A DNA stretch of 64,000 bases from an uncultured Gammaproteobacteria bacterium (GTDB taxonomy: Bacteria > Patescibacteriota > Microgenomatia > UBA8517), in assembly GCA_965231135.1 (NCBI GenBank), contig OZ246419.1:385488-449487 (forward strand), written 5' to 3'. The position numbers were made by a program, and so were the translations under genes. Every line of letters starts with the position of its first letter. The first letter of the stretch is position 1. Shown piece by piece: positions 56,878 through 64,000 of the stretch. The notes under the pieces are model-generated. The model saw only the letters and a list, made by a program, of their open reading frames with translations. It made no database searches and had not been told where the DNA came from.

Positions 56878-57130
56878 TATTATTATTTTAGTTTTAATTG
56901 TACTTTTTGTTGGTACTATTTTTGCAGCTGTTGAAGCATCAGCTGCAGGAAATAAACTTGTTGCTCTTGAAAATAAATATGATGAACTTACTCAGGAAAA
57001 CCAGGAAATGCAAGATAAACTTGTAGGCAGCACTTCTTTGACAAGTATTGCAAAAGAAGCAAGCAGCTCGGGAATGATATCGCCTGAAGCATATGTTTAT
57101 ATAACAAATTCAGGAATAGCTTTAAGATGA
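56855..57130 (+). CDS. ftsL: cell division protein FtsL-like (septum formation initiator)
   Basis: 91 aa: N-terminal TM (IIILVLIVLFVGTIFAAV) followed by a coiled coil. Position between rsmH and ftsI. Confidence 0.6.
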   Translation: MSKKITRNIIILVLIVLFVGTIFAAVEASAAGNKLVALENKYDELTQENQEMQDKLVGSTSLTSIAKEASSSGMISPEAYVYITNSGIALR

Positions 57131-58806
57131 GGACAAAGCTTCGAATATTTGGTTTTTTATTTGTAATTCTTGTTTGCGGGCTTATTGCCAGACTTTTTTT
57201 CTGGCAGGTAATTGATGCAAGTAATTTAGCACAGCAAGGACAACTTCAGTATCAGCGCTCTGATTCACTTACTGCGACGCGGGGAAGTATTTATGCAACA
57301 GACGGAAGTTACTTGACTACGGATGAAATGGATTGGGATCTTTATGTCACAAAGCCGGATTTGACAGAAAATTCAATTACAATTGCTTCACAAATTGCTC
57401 CAATTATAAATGCTGATATAAATGATATAAGGAATAAAATTGATAGCGGAACAGCTTGGATATCATTACAGCATAGAGTGACAAATGATCAAAAGAAAAA
57501 TATTGAAGCGCTTGATATTGCCGGAGTTGGTTTTGATCCAGAGCCTTCAAGAACATATCCGGAAAGCTCATCGTCAGCGCATATTTTGGGATTTGTTGGA
57601 AAAGATGTCAACGGAAACGATAAAGGGTATTTTGGACTTGAAGGTTATTATGATTTAACTCTTGCTGGAAAGCCAGGATTATTGGATCGAGAATCAGATG
57701 CAAATGGAACTCCAATTGTTTTTGGAAACTCAAGCCAAGTTGATCCGACACACGGAATTGACTTAGTTACAAATATTGATAAAACTGTGCAGTTTGCAAT
57801 AGAAAAGGAACTTGCAAACGGACTTGTCCAATACGGATCGAAAGCTGGCTCTGTAATTATGATGGATCCAAACACTGGAGCGATACTTGGCATGGCATCA
57901 AGCCCGAGTTTTGATCCAGGACAATATTGGAACTATACAAATGAAGACTTTAAAGATGCTGCGATTTCAAATACTTTTGAACCCGGTTCTATTTTCAAGC
58001 CGATTGTGATGGCTTCTGCTCTTGATGCAGGAGTTGTTCAGCCAGATACAGAGTGTGATATTTGCGCAAATATTATAAATGTTGATGGATATCCGATTGA
58101 TACTTGGGATAGTGTGCATCATCCAAATTCTTCAATGACAGATGTGATTGTAAATTCAGACAATATTGGAATGACTTTTGTAGGGCAGAAATTGGGCCAG
58201 GATAAACTTTATGATTATCTTGCTAAATTTGGATTTGGAAAAATAACCGGAATTGATTTGCAGGGAGAAGTTGCATTGCCGCTTCGAACTAAAGATACTT
58301 GGAGCGATATTGACACAGCAACTACGACGTTTGGCCAAGGAATTGCTGTTACTCCAATCCAAATACTTCGAGCAATTGGAATTATTGCAAATGGAGGACA
58401 AATGGTGAAGCCTGAAGTGGTTAAGGAAATTAAAAATGGCACATGGAGCAGTGAAATTAAATCACAAATTGGGCCAAGGGTTATTTCGCAAAATGCAGCA
58501 GGCGAGATTACAGATATGATGGTACATGCAGTTACTGACGGAGAAGCAAAATGGGCCGCTCCAGCTGGGTTTTCAATTGCAGGAAAAACTGGGACTGCAC
58601 AGATTCCTGTTTCCGGGCACTATGATCCTACAAAAACAATTGCAAGCTTTGTTGGTTTTGCTCCTGCAAAAAATCCAAAATTTGTAATGCTTGTGACGCT
58701 TCAAAGCCCGACTTCAAGCGAATGGGGAAGCGAAACTGCAGCTCCGCTTTGGTTTCATATTGCTGAAGATTTATTTCCTTATTTTGGAATAAGCCCAAAT
58801 AATTAA
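57127..58806 (+). CDS. ftsI: peptidoglycan D,D-transpeptidase FtsI (class B penicillin-binding protein)
   Basis: N-terminal TM. SxxK (STFEPGSIFKP), SxN (NSDNIG) and KTG (AGKTGTAQ) motifs. Confidence 0.9.
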   Translation: MRTKLRIFGFLFVILVCGLIARLFFWQVIDASNLAQQGQLQYQRSDSLTATRGSIYATDGSYLTTDEMDWDLYVTKPDLTENSITIASQIAPIINADINDIRNKIDSGTAWISLQHRVTNDQKKNIEALDIAGVGFDPEPSRTYPESSSSAHILGFVGKDVNGNDKGYFGLEGYYDLTLAGKPGLLDRESDANGTPIVFGNSSQVDPTHGIDLVTNIDKTVQFAIEKELANGLVQYGSKAGSVIMMDPNTGAILGMASSPSFDPGQYWNYTNEDFKDAAISNTFEPGSIFKPIVMASALDAGVVQPDTECDICANIINVDGYPIDTWDSVHHPNSSMTDVIVNSDNIGMTFVGQKLGQDKLYDYLAKFGFGKITGIDLQGEVALPLRTKDTWSDIDTATTTFGQGIAVTPIQILRAIGIIANGGQMVKPEVVKEIKNGTWSSEIKSQIGPRVISQNAAGEITDMMVHAVTDGEAKWAAPAGFSIAGKTGTAQIPVSGHYDPTKTIASFVGFAPAKNPKFVMLVTLQSPTSSEWGSETAAPLWFHIAEDLFPYFGISPNN

Positions 58807-59543
58807 TAGCTTAAGTCTAGTTTAAATATTTTATTTATCAACTGAAATATTTTTCTATGTATTTTAATTACAAATCTCTTTAACAAATTGTATTTTAAAT
58901 TAGAAATTTCTTCTTCGTATATTTCAGAATATAAAATTTTCTTTTTGTAGAAATCTGCCCATGCTTTATCTCCATAAGAGAAGTGCCAGTATTCTCTTGG
59001 ATTGGGTGCAAAATTTTCATTTAACATAAGTTTTCTTATTAGCATTCTTTGTTTGTGAGATTCCCTACTTATTTTTTTGGAAAATGGATTAGCCTCTTCA
59101 TAAAATTTTTGGAAAGGATTAGATAAATTTATTTCTCTGTTAGTTTTTATATTGAATAGTCCAATATCGACTGCTCCTCCTGTTGAATGTGGAGGAATTC
59201 CCTCTTTTGGATCAAAAACTAATTTACGAGTATTTTTGTAATTTTTAAATTGTTTTAATCTATAGTTCCAAATTTTTTCTTGGGTTTTTCTTGACCTGTA
59301 ACCTCCGTTAATTTGAAGTTTTAGATTTTTTGGTAATTTGAATGATACTTTTGCTAGCTTTTTTGAAACTTCATCTCTAATTAATATCGGATATTGTGTT
59401 TCAATTCTTTTTTTAATTGGTAATTCTACTAATTTTTGATTGTATTTTTTCACACTTACAAGGTAATCGCTCATGAAATATTTTATCATTTTGTGTAAAT
59501 TTGCCTCGTTATTGTAAAATAGATTATACTTTTCACAGAACAT
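58803..59543 (-). CDS. M15 family metallopeptidase (VanX / D-alanyl-D-alanine dipeptidase-like)
   Basis: GIPPHSTGGAVDIGL matches the VanX-family zinc-binding S-x-H-x-x-G-x-A-x-D signature. The start is uncertain (the ATG at 59543 overlaps the mraY start; internal Met codons 54 and 69 nt downstream are alternatives). Confidence 0.6.
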   Translation of the reverse strand: MFCEKYNLFYNNEANLHKMIKYFMSDYLVSVKKYNQKLVELPIKKRIETQYPILIRDEVSKKLAKVSFKLPKNLKLQINGGYRSRKTQEKIWNYRLKQFKNYKNTRKLVFDPKEGIPPHSTGGAVDIGLFNIKTNREINLSNPFQKFYEEANPFSKKISRESHKQRMLIRKLMLNENFAPNPREYWHFSYGDKAWADFYKKKILYSEIYEEEISNLKYNLLKRFVIKIHRKIFQLINKIFKLDLSY

Positions 59544-60594
59544 GAATTTACCAAATCTTTTGCCACTTTCACTTGGTTTTTTGATCTTTTCATTTTTAAT
59601 TAACGCGGTTTTAATTGTTCCTTTTATTGATCTTCTTTATAAACTTAAATTTCAAAGACAAGTTGAGGGAGGGAAAAATAGCAAATCTCTTTTTGATAAA
59701 TTGCATGATAAAAAAGCTGGGACACCGACTGGAGGAGGAGTTTTGCTTGTTGTTACAGTTGTTATTATGTTTGCAATATTATTTCCTATCATGTCTTCGC
59801 TTGGAGTTTATATAACCACTGCACATAATTTATTAAATGAACTTTTTGTGATCTTTTTTACTTTTATTTCTTTTGGAATTTTGGGGCTTTTGGATGATTA
59901 TGTAAAAATTTTTAAGAAAGGAAAGGAAGGGCAACTTGGTTATGTCTTTGGTTTAAGTAAAAAAACTAAGTTTGCCATTCAGTTTGTGTTGGCTGGTGTT
60001 GTTTCTTTTTGGCTTTATCATTTCTTGGGAATACAGTTTGTGCATATACCACTTCTTTCTCATGTAATTAATCTGGGAATTTTTTACATACCATTTGCAA
60101 TGTTTGTTATTGTCTTTTTTACAAATGCATTTAATTTTACAGATGGACTTGATGGGCTTGCATCTGGACTTCTCGCTATTTATCTTTTTGCATTTATTGT
60201 TATTGCGGCAGCAAATCTGGATACTCCGCTTTCTATTTTTATTGCTCTCTGGATTGGTGCTGTGATGGCATTTTTATATTTTAACGTAAACCCTGCACGT
60301 ATTTGGCTTGGGGATACTGGTGCTCTTTCTTTTGGTGCAATGATTGCTGTGATCGGACTTTTGACAGGAAATGTCGCGTCGCTTTTTATAATTGGGGGAA
60401 TATTTGTAATAGAAGCTTTTTCTTCGCTAATACAAATTTTAGGCTGGAAAATTTTAAAAAGGAGAATTTTTCCAATTGCTCCAATCCATCATGCATTTTT
60501 GGCGATTGGCTGGGAGGAACCGAAAATTGTTATGCGTGCCTGGCTTGCCGGAATAATGCTAGCGATTTTAGGTCTTTGGCTTGCTAGAATCTAA
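59542..60594 (+). CDS. mraY: phospho-N-acetylmuramoyl-pentapeptide transferase MraY
   Basis: NAFNFTDGLDGLA plus DTGALSFG and HHAF motifs. 10 TM. Confidence 0.95.
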   Translation: MNLPNLLPLSLGFLIFSFLINAVLIVPFIDLLYKLKFQRQVEGGKNSKSLFDKLHDKKAGTPTGGGVLLVVTVVIMFAILFPIMSSLGVYITTAHNLLNELFVIFFTFISFGILGLLDDYVKIFKKGKEGQLGYVFGLSKKTKFAIQFVLAGVVSFWLYHFLGIQFVHIPLLSHVINLGIFYIPFAMFVIVFFTNAFNFTDGLDGLASGLLAIYLFAFIVIAAANLDTPLSIFIALWIGAVMAFLYFNVNPARIWLGDTGALSFGAMIAVIGLLTGNVASLFIIGGIFVIEAFSSLIQILGWKILKRRIFPIAPIHHAFLAIGWEEPKIVMRAWLAGIMLAILGLWLARI

Positions 60595-60597
60595 TCT

Positions 60598-61671
60598 GTG
60601 ACAAAAAATAATGGACGGACTCTTCTTGTTTTAACTATTGTCTTAACCTTTTTGGGGCTTTTTGCTGTTGCTGATGCGTCTGCTCCTCAAGCGCTCGCTT
60701 ATTTTCATGACAGTTTTTATTATTTAAAGGAACAAATTGTGTGGGCAATTCTAGGTTTTGCTGCAATGTTTGCTGCAATGATTATTGATTACTCTGTTTG
60801 GAAAAAATTTGCATCAATTTTCTTTGCAATCAATGTGGTTTTACTTTTGGTTGTTTTAATTCCTGGAATTGGAAGTCGTGTTTTGGGAGCGAGAAGATGG
60901 ATAAGTATTGGAAGTTTTACACTTCAGCCATCAGAGCTTATTAAGGTAAGTATTATTTTTTATATTGCAAAGCTTGCTGATTTGAAAAAACCATTTTTAA
61001 ATTTAATCTTACCTATTGCGCTTGTGGCAGGATTAATTATGTTTGAGCCAGATCTTGGAACTACAATTGTTGTAATAACGATTGGATTGACACAACTTTT
61101 TGTGGCAGGAGTTTCTTTAATTCCTTTTGCGGCAACTGGAATAGTTGGGGGATTAATTGGGTTTTTACTTACAATTACATCAAGTTATAGAAGGGCAAGA
61201 TTGGAAACTTTTTTGAATGCTTCAAGCGACCCGCTTAATCCAAGCAACTATCATATTCGCCAAGTTTTGATTGCTCTTGGGTCCGGAGGCTTTTTTGGAG
61301 TGGGGCTTGGGCAAGGTAAACAAAAATATTTATTTTTACCAGAATCGGCAACGGATAGTGTCTTTGCAAATATTGCAGAGGAATTAGGATTTTTGGGAGC
61401 GATTGTTGTTATTGGACTACTTTGTTTTTTTATTTATAAATGCATGCAAATTGCAACGCATGCGCCCGATAATTTTTCAACAATTGTTGCGACAGGAATT
61501 ATTGCCTGGTTTTGCGCTCAGATATTTTTAAATCTGGCATCGATGGTTGCACTTATTCCTTTAACTGGAGTACCGCTTCCGTTCTTTTCTTATGGCGGAA
61601 GCAGCTTAACTGTAATACTATTTAGCGTTGGGGTATTATTAAATATTAGCAAGCATGCAAAAGAAGAATGA
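60598..61671 (+). CDS. ftsW: SEDS family peptidoglycan glycosyltransferase FtsW
   Basis: PSELIKVSII and TDSVFANIAEELG motifs. 10 TM. GTG start 3 nt after the mraY stop. Confidence 0.9.
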   Translation: MTKNNGRTLLVLTIVLTFLGLFAVADASAPQALAYFHDSFYYLKEQIVWAILGFAAMFAAMIIDYSVWKKFASIFFAINVVLLLVVLIPGIGSRVLGARRWISIGSFTLQPSELIKVSIIFYIAKLADLKKPFLNLILPIALVAGLIMFEPDLGTTIVVITIGLTQLFVAGVSLIPFAATGIVGGLIGFLLTITSSYRRARLETFLNASSDPLNPSNYHIRQVLIALGSGGFFGVGLGQGKQKYLFLPESATDSVFANIAEELGFLGAIVVIGLLCFFIYKCMQIATHAPDNFSTIVATGIIAWFCAQIFLNLASMVALIPLTGVPLPFFSYGGSSLTVILFSVGVLLNISKHAKEE

Positions 61672-62770
61672 TATTTTAATTACAGGAGGCCATGCAGCAA
61701 CAACTGCAATTCCTGTGATTGAAAAGTTACAAAAAGAATATTCTGGATATAATTTATTTTGGGTTGGGCCAAAAAGCGCTGTTGAAGGAAAATTTGTACC
61801 AACTCTTGCTTCAGAAGTAATGCCAAAACTTGGAGTAAAATTTATTCCAATAACTACAGGAAGATTACAGCGAAAATTTACAATTTGGACTATTCCATCG
61901 CTACTTAAAATTCCAATCGGAATTTTGCAATCATTTAAAATTTTGTTTGATATAAAACCAAAAATAATTTTATCTTTTGGAGGATATGCAAGTGTGCCAG
62001 TTTGTTTTGCAGGATTTGTTTTAGGAATTCCTGTTTTCGTACACGAACAGACAGTTGCAGTTGGTTTGGCAAATAAAATCTCTTCAAGCTTTGCAAAGAA
62101 AATTTTTATCGCGCGAGAAGAGAGTAAGCAGAGCTTGCACGACTGCCTCGGTAAGAAAATTTTTTTGGTTGGGAATCCTATCTCTAGTGAAATTTTAAAA
62201 ATACCAGCAAAAACTAAAATTTCTAAGTCTCCAACTCTTTATATTACTGGAGGAAGCAGCGGAGCACAAAGAATTAATAATGCAGTTAGCGAAATTTTAT
62301 ACGAACTGCTTAAAAATTATAAAGTAATACACCAAACTGGAAAATTAGATTATCAGAAATTTGAAAATCTAAAGAATGAATTTCCAACGGATCTAAAGAA
62401 AAATTATGAAGTTTATGCTTTTTTAGATCCGAAAAATGTTTCGAATATTTTTGAAAAGTCAGATTTGATAATTTCAAGAGCTGGAGCAAATACAATTTCT
62501 GAAATTGCGATTACTGGAAGACCTGCGATTATTATTCCAATTCCCTGGACTTCTTATAATGAACAATTTAAAAATGCGCAAATGCTTGAGAAATCCGGAC
62601 AGGCAATTGTTTTGGAAGAAAAATATTTAACTGGGCAAAATTTACTTAATAAAATTAATTTGGTAATAAAAAATTGGAAGAGTATGGCAAATAAAAAGAG
62701 CGAAATTGCAGAGCTTGATAAAAAGGCTGCAGGGAAAATTGTTCAAGAGATAGAGGAATACCTCAAGTGA
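61655..62770 (+). CDS. murG: undecaprenyldiphospho-muramoylpentapeptide beta-N-acetylglucosaminyltransferase MurG
   Basis: N-terminus ILITGGHAATTAIPV (G-loop variant) and C-terminus ITGGSSGAQRINNAV ... ISRAGANTISE of GT28. Confidence 0.85.
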   Translation: MQKKNDILITGGHAATTAIPVIEKLQKEYSGYNLFWVGPKSAVEGKFVPTLASEVMPKLGVKFIPITTGRLQRKFTIWTIPSLLKIPIGILQSFKILFDIKPKIILSFGGYASVPVCFAGFVLGIPVFVHEQTVAVGLANKISSSFAKKIFIAREESKQSLHDCLGKKIFLVGNPISSEILKIPAKTKISKSPTLYITGGSSGAQRINNAVSEILYELLKNYKVIHQTGKLDYQKFENLKNEFPTDLKKNYEVYAFLDPKNVSNIFEKSDLIISRAGANTISEIAITGRPAIIIPIPWTSYNEQFKNAQMLEKSGQAIVLEEKYLTGQNLLNKINLVIKNWKSMANKKSEIAELDKKAAGKIVQEIEEYLK

Positions 62771-63426
62771 AGAAGACAATTAGATTAATTATTTTTTTAG
62801 TTTTTATTTTTTTAATTTTGTTTTTACTTCTGAAGTTTATTAAGATTCAAAAAATAATTTGCACATCTCAATATGGAAATTGTGATACAACTCTTGAAAC
62901 TTCAATAAATAATTTGCAAAACAAAAATGAAAATTTTATACAAACTTATTTTGATTTAAAAAATATTTTAAAGAATTCAAAAAGTATTCTAGATTACAGA
63001 ATTGATTTAGTTTTGCTATTTGATTTTAAAGTAAATGTAATATCGCGAACTGCAATTGTTGCATTTAGTTTAAAGGATGGAAATTATGGACTTATTGATA
63101 GGAACGGAGTTTTAATTTCAGAAGTTCGTGATACAAATTTGCCAAAAATAATTAGTTATTATAATCCAACTTCAGATCAGCTTGATTTTATTGCGAATTT
63201 GGTTTCGCGAATTTATACTTTGTATACACCAACGCAAACAAAAGTTATGTCTGATGGAATTTATTTTGAGAATTTAAAGGGCAAGACGGTTATTTTTCCA
63301 ATGGATGGAGATCAGGATGAATTAATTGGTTCTTTAAATATTATTTTTTCACGATTGCCAAGTATAAAAGAAGCTTCTACAATTAGTCAGATTGACTTAA
63401 GGTATAAAAATCCTGTATTAAGATAG
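62767..63426 (+). CDS. ftsQ: cell division protein FtsQ/DivIB-like (N-terminal TM plus POTRA-like domain)
   Basis: Single N-terminal TM, in the murG-ftsA position. A short 219-aa form. Confidence 0.55.
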   Translation: MKKTIRLIIFLVFIFLILFLLLKFIKIQKIICTSQYGNCDTTLETSINNLQNKNENFIQTYFDLKNILKNSKSILDYRIDLVLLFDFKVNVISRTAIVAFSLKDGNYGLIDRNGVLISEVRDTNLPKIISYYNPTSDQLDFIANLVSRIYTLYTPTQTKVMSDGIYFENLKGKTVIFPMDGDQDELIGSLNIIFSRLPSIKEASTISQIDLRYKNPVLR

Positions 63427-63430
63427 ACAC

Positions 63431-64000
63431 ATGAAGAAAAATAGAATTATTGCTGGAATAGATATTGGCTCTTCCAAAATTACTGTTCTTATTGCTCAAG
63501 TCGCAACTGACAATGTAACTTTTGAAAATTCTATTCATATTGTTGGAGTTGCTACCAGTCCGTCAAGAGGAATAAAGAAGGGACAAATTGTTGATATTGA
63601 TGATGCAGTCGAAGCGACAATCTCAGCTGTTGAAGCTGCTGAGCGAATGGCTGGGTATAACTTGAATAGTACATGGGTAACTGTTGGGGGAGCACATATT
63701 TCTTCACAAAATTCGACTGGGGTTGTCGCAGTATCTGATCCAAACGGAGAAGTTTCTGCTGAAGATGTTGCACGCGTTATTGAAGCAGCGCGCGCTGTGA
63801 GTATGCCAGCATCTCGCGAAATAATTCATGTAATTCCGAGAGATTTTATTGTTGACGGCGAAGGCGGAGTAAAAGATCCAGTTGGGATGGCTGGAGTAAG
63901 GCTTGAAGTGGAAACACATCTTGTTACAGTTTCATCTCCAGCGCTTAAAAATTTAACTAAAACGGTCAATGAAGTCGGAGTAAATATTGATGGAGTTGTT
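63431..64000 (+). CDS. ftsA: cell division protein FtsA (3'-partial, runs off the window)
   Basis: IIAGIDIGSSKITVLIAQV actin-fold phosphate-1 motif. The frame is open to the window end and is not in the ORF track because there is no stop. Confidence 0.85.
   Translation, partial: MKKNRIIAGIDIGSSKITVLIAQVATDNVTFENSIHIVGVATSPSRGIKKGQIVDIDDAVEATISAVEAAERMAGYNLNSTWVTVGGAHISSQNSTGVVAVSDPNGEVSAEDVARVIEAARAVSMPASREIIHVIPRDFIVDGEGGVKDPVGMAGVRLEVETHLVTVSSPALKNLTKTVNEVGVNIDGVV

Noticed and set aside
63552-63919. Two minus-strand ORFs (63552..63773, 63704..63919) from the track
   Set aside because: They are antisense to the clear ftsA reading frame (open from 63431 to the window end). Q/L-rich translations are typical of shadow ORFs.
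1-64000. tRNA, rRNA or other structured RNA genes in intergenic gaps
   Set aside because: Intergenic spacers are short (mostly under 150 nt), and none showed cloverleaf-like acceptor/T-arm complementarity on inspection. This cannot be fully excluded without tRNAscan/Infernal.

Overview
This is a low-GC (roughly 30% by eye), densely packed bacterial fragment that uses the standard code (TGA is a stop). Gene content and architecture point to a Candidate Phyla Radiation (Patescibacteria)-like genome. That is inference from very many GT-C membrane glycosyltransferases, a minimal dcw cluster without mur ligases, a dimeric-type GlyRS, short housekeeping proteins, and pervasive 1-8 nt gene overlaps. 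Four blocks can be read.

- **Surface-glycan / protein-glycosylation locus (about 1..35100).** It holds at least 7 polytopic GT-C-like membrane proteins (YfhO-like or ArnT/PMT GT39-like), 6 GT4, 5 GT2, two SAM methyltransferases, a hexapeptide acetyltransferase, an MOP-type flippase, a Wzy/WaaL-like protein, a sugar-1-P nucleotidyltransferase, a PglC/WbaP-type priming phosphoglycosyl transferase and a DUF4012-like exported protein.
- **Junction (35106..37559).** A compositionally odd hypothetical ORF, a short recO and a secreted phosphodiester-glycosidase-like gene.
- **Restriction-modification and defence island (about 37.5..51.5 kb).** It starts with an orphan beta-class DNA methyltransferase. 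A complete Type I R-M (hsdM-hsdS-hsdR) follows, with two passenger genes embedded (a KilA-N protein and a DUF4145 zinc-ribbon protein). Immediately downstream, and translationally coupled to hsdR, sit an HhH-GPD-like DNA glycosylase and a Cas4-like Fe-S PD-(D/E)XK nuclease. Then come an RmuC/DUF2130-like coiled-coil protein, a cupin-NUDIX-small membrane protein operon with zero spacing, a Cys-rich small protein and a second Cas4-like nuclease. No CRISPR array is present. This island is the best candidate for an undescribed system.
- **Housekeeping block (51.5..64 kb).** LCP, tspO and glyQS are followed by a reduced dcw cluster: mraZ, rsmH, ftsL-like, ftsI, an antisense M15 (VanX-like) peptidase, mraY, ftsW, murG, ftsQ-like and ftsA (3' partial). 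A candidate MraZ operator lies upstream.

No rRNA or tRNA genes, transposases or integrases were recognised. All calls rest on reading motifs in the six-frame translations; no database searches were run.
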